Below are positions 1-13,919 of a stretch of DNA of 64,000 nt, one piece after another. Both the position numbers and the translations under genes were made by a program. The notes beneath the pieces were generated by a model. It was not told the origin of the DNA, searched no databases, and worked only from the letters and a program-made list of their open reading frames with translations. Each line of letters starts with the position of its first letter. Position 1 is the first letter of the stretch. Source of the stretch: Camelus ferus (taxonomy: Eukaryota); NCBI RefSeq assembly GCF_009834535.1, contig NC_045697.1, positions 31,870,001-31,934,000 of the forward strand, in the 5' to 3' direction.

Positions 1-610
1 ACACCCAGATCTGCTTCTGTCACTCTTCCTTTTCCAAACATCTTATTCAAAATAACACAAACAACAAAACAGAAACCCTCCAATGTCTTCCATTGCTCTC
101 AAGGTGAAGTCTGAAATCTCAGACAAGATCAGAGCTCTGATCTCTTCTTCCTCTCACAATTCATCTAATACTATAATCTCCCCCACTCTCCAGATTCTCT
201 AGTCTTCAAACCCAACATGCTCCCTCCTGACACAGGACCTTTGTGTATGCCGTTAGCTCTACTTGGAATGTTCTTCCCATTCTTATCCTAGTTAACTGCT
301 ATTCATGTTCCTTATTTTAGTTTAAGCTTCTCTTCTTCAGGAAAGCTTCCTTGACCTTCTAGCTTAGGTTATTGATATTGTTATACACTCTCATGGTTTC
401 AGCTGTTCTCATTCTCTGCCTCTCTGTCTCTCTTGACTTATCCCAGTAGTGATGTTTTATTTATTGATGGGATTATTTGACTGATGAACTATTTCAATCC
501 AATCTGTAGTTTCATGAAGGTAAAGCCCATGTGTAATCTGGCCACCTATCATTTAAAATAGAATAGCAGGGTCTTAATAATTATGTGTTGAATTAATAAA
601 TAAAATAATG
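1..610 (+). mobile_element. LINE-2 (L2) 3' end remnant
   Basis: Typical L2 3' motifs (ggacctttgtgtatgccgtt...ttggaatgttcttccc; tcaggaaagcttccttgacc) ending in an aataattatgtgttgaattaataaataa-like tail. Confidence 0.7.
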
Positions 611-1099
611 AATGCAAATTAATTAAAAAAAGGTCACCCCTGAGTTAATATATCATCTGTATAAATGCAGAGTTAATGATTCAATAGATTATATGGATCT
701 TAGTAGATAAGATCTTAGTGTATCTCAAGAAAATATGCCATATTGAAAAAACAAATTGATTTCTACATTAGATTTTAGTAGTTAGTTTTTGTTTCTTGAG
801 AAATAAGTTTATTTCATTTTAGTGGCATAGAGTTCTTTAAAAAATTGTCTCTGCTGTGATACAGTGAAATTATTTCTTTCTTAATCACATGATTATGCCA
901 TTTTTAAAATCTATATAACTCATATAAATGGTAGCAGTATTACATATTATCTTAACTATTGAGATACTCCAGTGAATTTTGTAAAATTATATGTTGATCC
1001 TAAAATAAATGTTGCACATTTGTGTCTTGTATTAGCTTTGATTTATAAAAGAAGACCATAAAATGCTTGGAAGCAGAACAGGAGAAGCTGATTGCTTTG

Positions 1100-1275
1100 T
1101 GGAGAAAAAAAGAGCACTTGGGTTCTAGTTCATTCCACAGATCGTGAGTCATGTGCAGGAGTAAATTTAAACAACCTGAACATCTGTGTGACTGAGGGAA
1201 ATACGCTCTGCTCTGTCCTTTTCACTGGGGAGGATTACAAAAATAATGTGGCCTCATGTCTTGGAAAAATCTAAA
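1100..1275 (+). mobile_element. MIR SINE remnant
   Basis: aaaagagcacttgggttctag...gaggattacaaaaataatgtg resembles the MIR core. Confidence 0.5.
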
Positions 1276-1472
1276 GTATGATTCAAATCCAAGATGATCA
1301 TAGGCAATCCTTATGCTGTGAAATTTCAGAGAGGATTTTGATGTTGTTGTGGACTCTGAAGCTACATCCTACTCTTCCAAAGCCTAGAAATATTGGGATT
1401 AAGAACAAAGCCTCAGTGTTCATAGGCAGTAACTCCTTCATATCAGTCTTGGCTTTAATTTTTTTTTTTTAA

Positions 1473-2455
1473 TCTGATACCAAAAGCAACAAGTGCAGAA
1501 ATAAACAAGTGGGACTGCATCAAAATTAAAAAGCTTCTGTGCAGCAAAGACAACCATCCACAAAATGAAAAGACAACCTACAAATTGGGAGAAATTATTT
1601 GCAAATCTTGTATCTGAGAAGTGGCTAATATCAAAAAATATATAAAGAATTCAAACAACTCAATAGAAAAAATAATGCCCGATTTTAAAATAGGCAGAAG
1701 ATCTGAATAGACAGTTTTCCAAATGGCCAATAGGTACATGAAAAGATGCTCTGCATTATTAATTATCAGAGAAATGAAAATCAAAACTACAATGAGATAT
1801 CACCTCACTCCTGTTAAGAGTGGCTATTATCAAAAAGACAATAATAACAAATGTTGGCAAGGAGGTGGGAGAAAGGGAATCCTTAAGCACTGTTGATGGG
1901 AATATAAATTGGTGCAGCCACTATGGAAAGCAGCATTGACATTCCTCAAAAAATTAAAAAATGAACTACCATATGATCCAGCAATTCTACTTCTGGGTAT
2001 TTATCCAAAGAAAACGAAAATATTAACTTGAAAAAAATACATGCACCCCCATATTCATTGCAGCATTATTTACAATAGCCAAGACATAAAAACAACCTGT
2101 GTCCACTAAGCATCCATCAATGGATGAATGGATAAAGAAGATATGATATATATACACATACACACACACACAATGAAATATTAATCAGCCATAAAAAAAG
2201 AATGAAATCTTGCCATTTGCAACAACATGGAGAGATCTTGAGGGCATTATGCTTAGTGAAATAAGATGGATAAAGACAAATACAGTATGATCTCTCTTAT
2301 ACGTGGAATCTAAAAGCAAAAAAATAAAAAAAACAAACAAAAAACAAGCTCATAGATACGGAGAACAGACTGGTGGTTGCCAGAGGTAGGGGACTGGGAG
2401 CTGAAGAAATGAGTAAACATTTTTTTTAAGCTTAAATAAATTAAAAAAATTTTTA
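1473..2455 (+). mobile_element. L1 3' fragment (end of ORF2 plus 3'UTR)
   Basis: Canonical L1 ORF2 C-terminal DNA (tatgatccagcaattctacttctgggtatttatccaaag; gccatttgcaacaacatgg) followed by 3'UTR and an A-rich tail. Confidence 0.9.
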
Positions 2456-2654
2456 AATATGCTTGGGATATTAAATATTTAAAGTCTTTGGGCTGCTTAT
2501 ATGCTACTTTCGGAAGCAGGCCCTTGGTCCTCAATCTTTCAGCTAACATGTGTTTAACAGCTGCTATATTCTCAGCAATGTGTTAAGCTGATTCAGCTAA
2601 GTAAACACATGAACAGTAATAAATATGAGTTAAAAAAAAAAAAAAAACAGAACA

Positions 2655-2860
2655 GACCACAGCATCTAAAGTCAGAAGGCTGGCCTTAAATTCCAGCTTC
2701 CTCATTTGCTGTGTGTGCACATGCAAGTTACTTCATCTCTCTGTGCCTGTTTCCTCAGTAATGTGAAGGCAATAGTGGCGTATGTCACACAGTGTTATCA
2801 TGCGGATGAAATGAGGTAGTGTATGAGAAGTCTGAAAAACAGTGCCTACCACAATTATTC
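2655..2860 (+). mobile_element. MIR SINE
   Basis: caagttacttcatctctctgtgcctgtttcctc...gtgttatcatgcggatgaaatgag matches the MIR core. Confidence 0.7.
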
Positions 2861-5324
2861 ACAGGACTGGTGCCGGGCAAGGACTCATTGTCTGGTCTAT
2901 GGGTTCCTTATATCAGATGGTGTGGGTGGTGGCAGTTTATTAATCTCTTTGCCACTTGAGTCTGCAGCCATCTGGGTATGAAATAACAACAACAAAAATA
3001 CTCTGTCCATTTAACACTCTGGGGATATTTTGTCAAGGGGAATACAGCTTTGCCAACTGGAATTTAATTGAAAGACATTGATCATTTTTAATTTACTGCT
3101 TATCTCTACCTCTCTGGTTTCACTTACACTCGGGCTTCTCCCACCATGAGATGTGTTTCTGGTCCTTCAGATTGGCTTGCATTTTCCTCTCTCAGAGTTT
3201 TCCTAAGCAGTTTGGCCTCTAACCTTGCTATCTGGTTTCTCTTGGTCTAGAGGGTCTGGTAAACTCTCCTTCCCATTTAATGTCAATTACATCCCCATGT
3301 AGAGTTCTTAAGAAAGACATTGGAGATGCGACCAGATACTAACTCCTGCAGAAACCACTGGAACTTCCCATGGGGCCATTTATCTTGACCCCACTGCCAG
3401 TCTCTATGATGTGAAGCAGGTTCACTTTGAAGCCCACTTAAATCAATTTGTAAAACAGCCTGAGACACGAACAGATGATTTACTGAAAATTGAGATACAA
3501 CCATTGCCTTCTTGGCAGCCAGAAATGGTGTCCGTCCACCAAAAAAGCCATCAGGTGAGTTTTGCATGATTGGCTTTTAAGAGACCCACAGTCTTCACTG
3601 TTCACATTTGTTTTATCCTCTAGATGCTGCCAGCTCCTCTCTCTATCCCTTCGCTTGTTAGAGATTAAAGAGAGATGTGAGAGTTGGTGATTGCCAGCGG
3701 CAGGTCGTGCAGCCCCACACTCGCTTTCATCACCATCTCGTATTGCTCCCGGCATATTTTTAATGTATGTCTTTAACCTAATCCATGAATCAGAATTACT
3801 ATCAGCCTCAAGATTTTTATTCTAGTTTGTGTTCATGAATGATTCTGTTGTCCTTCCAAGGACTGTCAAAGGAATCCAGCATCTCCAGGAGCCCTGAGTA
3901 AAAGACATCCCCTACAGCAGCGTTTAAAACATGTTTAAGACTGACATTATTACAATCTGGCTGTGGTCACAATAACGTATCTAGGGAGGTGCAGTCTGCA
4001 GCACCTCCAAGGCTGCCATGTAACTGTAGTGAAATAAACAGAGATTTCTGTTATTTTGCAAAACTGACCTATCTGAAGGTGTTCAGAGGAAGACAAGCAA
4101 CAAGGTCCTCACTCCTTGCTCCCTTCTCCATGATCTCAGGCAGAACAATCTCTCTTGAGGTCAAAACCCACACTTAATTTTCCTGTAGTGTCTACCAAAC
4201 CAACTCTTCCCCTCCCTCATTTCTAAGCTCGCTGTTGCCTTGTTCTCATTTTGCCAATTACAAAATCCCCAATCTACACTTCAGCTACTTTCTGCTAGGC
4301 TAGGTGCCAAGCACTGGTTATGAGTTTTACGTGCATTTTCTCTTTTTAGCCAGGAAAAAAGAAAACCATTCATTTTATAACACTGGTGCCTCTCACCAAA
4401 GGTCAAAAATATGTAGGGTTGTAAGTAGCTGAAAAGTAGATTTATCCTGTAAATGTTATATCAATTCTAAAGGAAAATTAGGAGGTTGTATCTAATATGA
4501 TAGCAATAAATAAATCAAGATGTATATATGCATGTTATTAATGAAATGAGCATGTGTGTGTATACATTTAAATACACACACACTTTAGTCCTTGCTCAAA
4601 TCTCTATGATTATCTCATTTCAGAAAATTAAATTGTAACATAGAACAATTAAGCAAATTCTAAAAGTTCTAACAGCTAAATAAATGGTAGAGTCAGATTT
4701 TGGACACAGGTAGCCTGGTTCCAAAACTAATTCAAGAAATACTGAAGGAGTACATGCTATATGCACAGGGCAGTATAGAAAGTAAATGCTATTATGTAAT
4801 CTTTTCTTCTTTAAAAAAACTCCACCTATACAAAAGCAAATAAGTAACTTGTATAGGATTGAATTCTCAGTTCAGTAAAGGAGACAGGAATCACAGGTGA
4901 GAGCCACCAAGGGACTTGTCCCTTGAATGGCAGGTTGAGTTAATCAGATCTCTAGTAAAATGTAACCAAACCTCTAAACGGAGAAGCCTAGATAGTCCAG
5001 CCCACAAAAATTAACCTGGTTATGAAACTGTTTCTCAGTTATACAAAAGAGAGAGCATAAGGTACCTGCCTTCTTTTTATGCCTCTAATGAATGCACAGG
5101 CTGGACTCTGACCCTCGGTTAAGCTTTTATGACCCTAGGGGTAGGTTTCCCTCCAGTGGGATGTCACTGTTACTCTGTGCATCGGTCAGTGCCTTGACTG
5201 AATCTCACGCTGCCTTTCAGATTCACTTCAGCTGCTGATCTCTGGACCACTGACTACCCTGTGTGCAGAGGATGCAGAGTACAAGGCTAATTTGCTTGTG
5301 AAGCAAAATCCGGATTTAATACAA

Positions 5325-5510
5325 GGGCTTACTATGCACAAGGTACTGCTTTAAATGTTTTAACTGTATTACACTATTTAATCCTCATATCAACCTATGT
5401 GGTAAGTTCAATTCTCGCCTTCTCCTGACACCTCCATTTTTTCATAAGTGGATGCCAAAGCACAGAGCAGTTAAGTAACTTAACCAAAGTCACCTGACCA
5501 GCAGGTGAGT
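5325..5510 (-). mobile_element. MIR SINE
   Basis: tttaatcctcatatcaacctatg...gcacagagcagttaagtaacttaaccaaagtcac is the reverse MIR core. Confidence 0.7.
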
Positions 5511-5689
5511 GAAAAAAGAGCTATTTTAGAGAGAGAGAAAGATTATACAGACTTAATTGAACCACAAAGACAGAAAGCCACAGGGCAATGGATAAACAGA
5601 GAATATGGAAGGGAACTGATGATTTTAAAGTCAAGAAGAGCAAATTTTTTGTGAGTAGGTTCCAGCCATGTAAAAACTGGAGAGTTATA

Positions 5690-5835
5690 GGGGGAGGGTA
5701 TAGCAGTGATAAAGCATGTGCTTAGTAACATGCACGAGGTCCTGGGTTCAGTCTGCAGTACTTCAGTTAAATAAACAAACAAACAAACAAACCTAATTAC
5801 CTCTCCCAAAATTAAAAATATATATATTTAAAAAA
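5690..5835 (+). mobile_element. Camelid tRNA-derived SINE (Vic-1 type)
   Basis: ggggagggtatagc...gaggtcctgggttca tRNA-like head, acctaattacctc body and A-rich tail. Degenerate TSD aaaaactggagagttata (5672) / aaaaatttgagagatatt (5832). Same family as the copies at 8.2 kb and 59.2 kb. Confidence 0.85.
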
Positions 5836-6656
5836 ATTTGAGAGATATTAAAACAGCAGTTAAAAATCTGTGCTGTCATTTTACATTTAATAAATGAAAA
5901 CCCATGTAGCCATGTGTTCTGACAAGCTGATCCTCTTGCTACGTCAAGGATGGTTATGACTTTTATATATACAGGATAATTCCAGTAGTAATAAAAGTTA
6001 CCAATTTATGGTTCATTACTCAGTGCCTGAGTTTACAGTTGTGAGACAAATATCTTCCATGAATTCCTCTACCTCTGAGACTATATGTATAAAATCTTTC
6101 AGAGATAATTCCCAAAGTCCTAATGCAGGGGTCTTCATAAATGTGAGGCCTGGGCAAGCAGCCCTTCTGGATTCCAGTCATTGGTCTTTTTTTGGAATGG
6201 CCTGGGATGGCCAACACACTCTGATTCGAGTGATTTAAGAAATCATTTATTTAGTCTTCACAACAAACTTTTCATTTTTACAAGCTGGGACAAATGTGAG
6301 TCAGGGTTGTTCATGAACCTGACTAAGAACCATCCACCTGTAAGAAGTGACAATGCCAGGATTAAAACCTAAACCTGTCAATTTCTAAAGCCACGTGGCT
6401 GCCCTGTCATTAGACAGCAAAAGAATAGGAAAAGAATAAAATGGCTGGTGGCAGAAACACTCCTGTCCATTATCTCCTTTCATCCTCCTGAGTCCCTTCT
6501 CACAGGTCACCATCACTTGCCATCTACAGGATGCTTGTCTACTATGCGTCTTGCTCCCAAAGAGTCTGCTTTCACTCCTCTAGACTTTCAACAGTGGACC
6601 TCAGAAGATGGCTTAGCTCTATGGCCCTTTGATCCCCTACATTCTGACTACTCCCA

Positions 6657-7088
6657 GGTAGAGCTGCCAGATAAAACACAAGATGCCCATGCAATATTTG
6701 GGACATATGTATACTGTAAGTCATTCACTATCATTATCTGGAATTCAAATTTGACTGGACAATCTGTATTATATAATTGAAATATAGTTGCAGTACAATA
6801 TTATAGAAGTTACAGGTGTACAACATAGTGATACAATTTTTAAAGGCTATGCTCCATTTATAGTTACTATATAATACTGGCTATATTCCTCAAGTTGTAC
6901 AGTATACCTTTGTAACTTATTTTATACCTAATAGTCTGTACTTCTTACGCCCCTACCCCTGCTATGCCCCTTCCCCATTCCCTCCTCCGCAGGTAACCTC
7001 TAGTTTGTGCTCTATATCTGTGAGTTTGCTTGTTTTTTGTTATATAAGGGCAGTCTGTATTTTTATTTGCTAAATCTTACAATCCTGT
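6657..7088. mobile_element. MER53-like palindromic hAT element split by an L1 insertion
   Basis: gctgccagataaaacacaagatgccc...atatttgggacata...gaattcaaatttgactgg; the element resumes at about 7048 after the L1 piece. Confidence 0.7.
6772..7046 (-). mobile_element. L1 3'UTR fragment nested in MER53
   Basis: Reverse L1 3' end (aattgaaatatagttg...acaggtgtacaacatagtgat) flanked by a 12/14 duplication ggacaatctgtatt (6757) / gggcagtctgtatt (7048). Confidence 0.8.
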
Positions 7089-8214
7089 TACCAGGAGACA
7101 TTAATTTAAGCAAAATGTCCATATTCTGTTATCAGCACTTCTGTTCTCAATACTCTGAACAGGTTCAAGCTTCCTCTTCCTTAGGCTTCCTCTCCATATT
7201 CAAACACAAAAATATTTATAGAGACTGATTTTTCATATTTTCTTGTGATTCTGAAATTTGATTGCAGAAAACATTTTAACTACGCGTATTTTTTTGCAGA
7301 TTTTCTTAGAGTAAAATAAACATATCTAACCTGTCCTTCTTTCCTCCAGCAATTGCTAAAAAGTAGCAAAAAAAAAAAAAAAGTGCAAACTTTTGAATTT
7401 ATGGCTTCAAAACTCTATAAAACATGTCCAAAAAGGAGTGTTGTGGGTGAGGATAATGAGAATAGAGAATAAAAGAGCCAGCTGGGTTTCTGGGGAAGGA
7501 AAGGGAGTAGGGAAATGAAATGAGTCTAAGAGTCTTTAGAATATTTAAAAATATATAAAACATTAATGTCACTGTACTAAGACTGAAAAATGTGGGATAT
7601 ATCATACTCAAAATAATACTCAAAAGAGGCTAAGATTGGCAGCTATCAAAATGTGTGTTTCTGTTTCTGTTTGGAAACCTCAGAAAATAATATGACAGAA
7701 AAATAACAAACTCTTACACTTAGTTAATGATATGCATAGAGTCTGGGTTAACATGCATGTAAGTTTTTATATGTGTTACAGCTTTCATAGCACATATGGG
7801 GATTTTTCTCTTTCATTTTCTTTGGAAGAAAAGAATTATTATTAAGATATCAGTATAAAAGAAATATAAGATTATTCTCATAATTCAATAAAGTGATAAA
7901 GGAGACTATTAACAAAATGAGATTAAGAGTGTAGTCTAATTGGTGTTAAAATGTCAATATTCCAATAACCATATGCCAGCACTAAAGTCAACTTAATTAG
8001 TATTTTTTTCTTATCAAGCAATAAATCAAGTAGAAGACTGATTGCAGAATAATAAGCTGGCACTTATGAAACATTCTGGAATTAGTGTTCTAAAAGGAAG
8101 ATGCCTTCAGATAGATCAGAGAATGCTTGAAACAGTTTGAATAATTCAAGAATTCAGAAAATAATATATAATCTGTAATCCTCTCAGTGCTTCCTACATA
8201 TGCTTCCCAATATT

Positions 8215-8387
8215 TAATTTTTTCAATTTAATTTTTTAATTTAATTAAAAATTATTTTTATTTTTAATTTTTTGGGGTTTCAGGTAGTTAGGTTTATTTA
8301 TTTATTTTTGGAGGAGGTACTAGGGATTGAACCCAGGACCTCGTGCATGCTAAGCATCACTCTACTACTTGAGCTATACCCTCCCCC
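8215..8387 (-). mobile_element. Camelid tRNA-derived SINE (Vic-1 type)
   Basis: Reverse complement of ggggagggtatagctcaagtagtagagtgatgcttagcatgcacgaggtcctgggttcaatccctagtacctcc with a T-rich tail. Confidence 0.9.
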
Positions 8388-9396
8388 TTAAATTATTTTT
8401 TAAAACTAAGAAGACAATAAACACTAGAGCAAGCAAATGAAGAAGAAAACAATATTTCCTTATTAGTTGGGTATTAGAAAGTATTAGAAAGTAGAGTATG
8501 ATAATTGGCCCTGAAAATTGGTGACTCATAGTTATAACAGATTCCAATATAAAAAGACATTTGGACAATGTACTTATTTCTGTCACATGGGAAATCCTTC
8601 CAATCTAAACTATCATTCCATTGATCCAAACTACTGAGAAATCAAACCAGACCTTTATAACAATCCTCACATAATTCAACTTTAAATGCTTTCATTTCTG
8701 GCAAATGAATCTGTCTCCTACTTAAAACAGAATTTGAAATCACTGGGTATGAACTACAAGTCTCCAAACAATCAAACTTATCTACCTCTTATCCTATTTT
8801 TCTCTCCATCTTTCAGGATGCAATGCCTCTACTCTTGTTTAAAATTAGTCAACCCACTTACAGTTTTTAACCCATTGTTTTCCATTTCTTCAAGGATCAT
8901 GGTCCATCAATCAGATGTAATTTCTCTGAGAGCTTCAATCTGCAAACATCCTTCCTTCAAAAAGAGCAAGCCTACGTTCCTCCTATTATGAGAATCAAAA
9001 TCCCTCCTTTGGCTTAAAGCCACTTTCTAACTACTCCTTTTCCTCTCTCTCAGTCTCCCCACTTTATCTTTAAAGAGCCATCCATCCTCAATGCTTTTAA
9101 TTCCTCACTTCTCATTCACTCTCGGCCATCTATCTTACTACACCCTCCCACCTTCAACCCCACACTGTCCCCTGGAAATACCCTTGCTAAGGCCAACTAT
9201 GGAGACTTGCCAAATCCAATTGCAAATTCCTAGAACTTATCACATTTTCTTTATGTTGTCAGTATAACTCTCTCTACGTTCATAGGATCGTTAACTTTCA
9301 TATGCTCTATTCAAAACATTTAAAAACGCATTATTACACATCAGAGTGAATGTAGGCTTTTCAGCATGGCATGAAAGAATTCCATGATACGTACCA

Positions 9397-9500
9397 TTAC
9401 CAGATTTATAAAATTAAGTGATTTCATAGAACATACCTATTATCTATCTGAAATTCAATCTATCTGAAATTCAGATATCCTGCATTTTCTGCAAACCCAA
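9397..9500. mobile_element. MER53-like fragment
   Basis: tatctgaaattca...cctgcattttctgcaaaccc resembles the end of the element at 6.7 kb. Confidence 0.45.
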
Positions 9501-9799
9501 TAATAGGGGACTTGCTTACTTCTCGAGATTATTCTTCTTGTGCTCCACCCGCATTAGTACTTCTGACCCTGTACCCTGTTATCCACCCCAACCCAAGAAA
9601 AAGGAAAGCCTACTGGCCTACCTTACTCTTCTTCCTTAACTTAAAAACACTCTATTTTCTTGCCTATAATGTCTTCTCTCCACCTTTGTTGTGCTCCCTT
9701 AATAGCTGTGCCTACGTCTGCTCAGCTAGACCCCACTTCTCAAATGGACTAGCAGCTAGACGTGGCCTTATGCTTAAATTATCTCCAGTGAAGCAGGAT

Positions 9800-10055
9800 C
9801 AAATGTAATCTGTGCCATAATCCAGCCCTGTTTCATAAAACCTCCAAAGATTGCCCTTCCATATTCTTTGGGATGATGACACAGAGGGAGGGACCTTAAG
9901 TGCATGTGTGGATGATAACCACACTGCCATCAGCCTGGGTCCCTGAGAAACTGGGTACCTGAAAGGTCTCTCCATCTTGAAGCACCTGCCTCAGAGCTTT
10001 TGTGAACAACGATGACAAAAACTCTATTGTGTTTGAGCCATTATTCTCAGGGTCT
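9800..10055 (+). mobile_element. MaLR (MLT1-type) LTR remnant
   Basis: cagcctgggtccctgag...aaactctattgtgtttgagccatt are typical MLT1 motifs. Confidence 0.55.
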
Positions 10056-10079
10056 AACTAACCTATCAAATGGTATCAT

Positions 10080-12800
10080 TTCTGCACACAATCCTCTGTA
10101 GCCAGTTTTTTCCCCCCACTAAGCATTTTCTTTTGAAATTTAACGTGTAGATTGAGTTAGTTCATTTTCACTACTCTGTAATACTTTGGTATGTCTACAG
10201 TGTATTCACCATTCTCCACAGGTTGACACTGTACTTTTTTTTTAAATTCTAGCAAACAGTGTGGCTATGGATATCTTTGTATATCTGTACAAAATGTGTA
10301 TGTGTAAGATTATACATGTCCATGGGTGAGATTTTTTCCTTAGGCTCCTTGAAGTGGAAATGCTGAGTATTAAAATATGTGTATCTTCAATTATACTGTT
10401 GCCAAATTGCATTTCATATCAGATGTTTTGTTCTCACCAGCAATATCTTCGTTCCTGTTTTCTTACATCTTGACACACAGGTTGTTATCTGACTTAAAAT
10501 GTTTGCCTAATAGTGTTAAATGAAATCTTCTTATTGTTTTAATAATAATTTCTTGGCCTTATGAAATGCTTATGTTAAGCTTGATCTAATGGTTAATATG
10601 TGCTAACACAATCATATGAGGGAAGTAATATATTCATCTTCATTATACAGCTGAGATAACAGAGGCTCAAAAGTGTAAATTAACTTTCCCAGGCTCACTT
10701 GGCTACTCAGCGGTAAAAATCAGAATTTGAACTGATTAATCTGATTCCAAAAAGTATGTTTTTTACCTGTGATAATTCTCTTTCTAGGTTTGACTTTGCA
10801 TTTCTCTGATCATGAGTAAAATTGATGATCATGATATACGTTTATTAAAATGCAGATTTCCTCTTTTGTGAACTGCCTGATATACCCTTGGCTTACTGGC
10901 TCATAATTATTTAATTGTGCTTTTCAAAATTGATTTTCAGAAGTACTTTATGCATTCTGAAAAGTAAGCACTATTTAGTTTATATAGGAGACAAGTATTT
11001 TCTTCAATTTAAGAGCTTGATTTTTAATTTTCTTATGTCATTTTGAGCTAAAACTTTTTTGTATGCAAATTTATTACACTTCATTCTTTTACTTCATGTT
11101 TGTCCTTTAAAATTTTTATTCAAGAAATTCTTTCTTACTTCAAGATGATAAAGTCTTTTTTGTGTGATTTCTTCTTTATATGTCCTTTTTTCCCATACAA
11201 ATAACCAACTTTGCCACATCATTTATGGAAAAATCCACCCTTTGCCCTGCTGAATTGTAGTGTCACCTGCAACAAGTCCTATTTCTAAATGTGAAGTGAT
11301 TTGGGGGGTATTATTCATTTCTGCTGAGAAATTTATGTCTTCAGATATCAAAATATTTTAACTGCCATATCTGTTTAGTAAGTCTTACCATCTAGTGGGG
11401 TCAATTTTCTCTCACATTCATGAAAATACTAAGACTTGGGTATTTTCATCCCTTAAGATTTTCACGTAAATTTTAGGATCAGTTAGATAAATGCAAAAAA
11501 AAAAAAAATGAACAAAGACCAACTGTTGTATTGGGCATAATTTGAATATATGGATTAATTTAGGAAGAACTGACATCTTTATTGAGTCTTTGCAAACATG
11601 AGCATGGAAAATCTCTCAATCTATTTGTGCCTTTTTATGTCTTTCTTTGATATTTAATATATTTTTTCTATAAGAGCTCCATATAACTTCTGTTACATTT
11701 ATTCTTAAAGTGCCTTATTTTAGTTGTTATTGTAAATAAAATATTTTAAGTTATGTTTTCTAATTCTTTCTTGCTGGCACTTGTGAAAGTATATATATAT
11801 ATATATATTTTTTCATAATAGGCATCCTTATTTTGCTCCTCCTTTAAAATAAAATGTCTCTAACATTTCTCCATTAAAGATGATAAACATTATGGGTTTG
11901 GACAATAACTTGTGTGGAGCTAAGGGCATTGTTCTCTATTCCTAACTTAGTAAGAGTTTTCTTCTTTTAAAACAATGATTAAGTGTGGAACTTTTCAAAT
12001 GCTTTTTTGTATGTGCTGAGAGGTTATTTCCCCTTTATTGTTTACTGTGGAAAATTTCAATAATACATTTTTTTCTAATGTTAAACCACTATTGCTCTAC
12101 TGAAATAAACTATATCGTCCCCATGTATTTTTTAAAGTACACTCCTGGATTGATGCTGCTGACACTTTATTTAATATTTTTACATCTACAACCACCCATG
12201 ATGTGGCTTACAGTTTTCTTTTCATAGAAAGATACTTGAAATTTTTACTGAGTTATTCAGCAGTCTCACAGACTGAAAAGGGGTACTTGCCCTGTTTTCC
12301 GGAATAGCTTGCATATTATAGGGAATAACAATTTGAAGGTTTCTCATAACCTAACCTTTAAACCTCCTCAGACTAGTGTTTAGTTGTGTATTTGATGGTG
12401 GACTTTAATGTATTGACCTTATTCATTTAGTAGACAAAAATTGTTTCAGATATTCCTTAAATCAGATTATCAAGGTTTCATAAACATTGGAATAAAGTTA
12501 TGCATCATAAAGCATTATGTGCTTTTGTTATTTTTAATATTCTTATATTTTAAAATTGATGACTTCTTCTTTGTTCTTGTTCAATCTCATTGGAGGTTTT
12601 ATAGTTCATTAGTCTTTTCAAAGACAGAGTTTTGGTTTTGTTGATCTTCTTTATTTATTTCATAAAATTTATCAGTGAAATCATCTAGGTCTGGGGTTTT
12701 CTTCATGGAAAAGTTTCATTATAAATTCAATTTTAATAGCTATCGGATATTCATATTTTTAATTTGTTCTTTATTTTTAATAAAATGTGATTTTGAAAGA
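10080..12800 (-). mobile_element. Old L1 (L1M-type) ORF2/3'UTR remnant, interrupted by a MIR at about 10580-10780
   Basis: Degenerate antisense L1 motifs (ttgcatttctctgatcatgag; gattaatttaggaagaactgacatcttt; cagtgaaatcatctaggtctgggg). Confidence 0.75.
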
Positions 12801-12821
12801 ATGTGTCTCTGGTTGATTAAA

Positions 12822-13785
12822 AGTGGCCATGAATCACTGTTACTATCCTGCTTACAGTAGAATTTGCATCCTCTTCTTTAAATGTGGGGCTGGTTTTGCT
12901 AAACAAAACTCAACAGAACATGGCGGGGGTGATGCCATGCCAGCTCTAGACCTAGCCATTAAGAGGGCTCGCAGCTTCCACTTCATATCTTTCTTATTCT
13001 TGGAATCCAGATGCTACAGAAAGAAGCTATCCTCATGGTGAGTCCCAAAAGGCAGAGAGAGGTACCACCCTTTCTTTATTAGCACTTCTAATTCTCCAGT
13101 CACACGTGTGAGTGAAGCCATTTTAGCTCTTCTAGCCCTACCTGTCCTCTTATTTCAGCCACATGACTGACACAATGGAATAACTACTTTGTCAAGCCAG
13201 AGATTCATGAGAAAATACATGAGTTATTTTTGTATTTTACTATTGGGTTTTGGAGTTTTTGTTAGATAGCAATAAGTAACCAAAACAGAAATCTGAAAGT
13301 GGGGTGAAACTATAACAAAATCCTAAAATTCGTGCTACTGGAGATGGACAGAAGCTTGACGGGAACTGAATAGTGGCAAGACAGTGAAAAAAACTTATTG
13401 CAGGGATTGAAAAAGACAACCTGTGCTATGCAGTGGTTAAAAATGTGGCAACACTGTTACCCACAGTAACATGAAAAATAGAAAATATATCTAATGAATT
13501 TGTGGATTTGGCTAAGAAGATGTCCATGCAGAATATTGAAAATATTGTTTCTTTCAGCTGTATATGCTAAGGCATAGAGAGAGATAGATGAACTAAATAA
13601 TAAATTGTTCTATTATTAAGCAGAATCTAGAGGAATTATTTCTAAAACTTGCAAGTATAAAACTGTGTCTAGTTCCCAATCTTCCTCAGCAAAAGATTTT
13701 CAAAACCAGTAATGATCTGAGGGGAAAAATCAAATTCAGGTCCTGATAGGAAAACATGGTCTTAGGATGAAGATGCCAATGACTC
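12822..13785 (+). mobile_element. MaLR MLT1 LTR plus start of internal sequence
   Basis: LTR-like block ending gttagatagcaataagtaaccaaaaca (about 13289), followed by an MLT-internal-like start gaaatctgaaagtggggtg...aacaaaatcctaaaa. Confidence 0.7.
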
Positions 13786-13919
13786 CCTGTGCTGCTCAAG
13801 CTCTGATGCCTGCATTCAATTCCCAGCCTGCAGGACCCAGTCACTGCTAGGTCTTACAGAGACATCCTACAGATACACAGTGCAGCCTGAGGCCAAGGGG
13901 GTCTGTAATGAACACCAAC

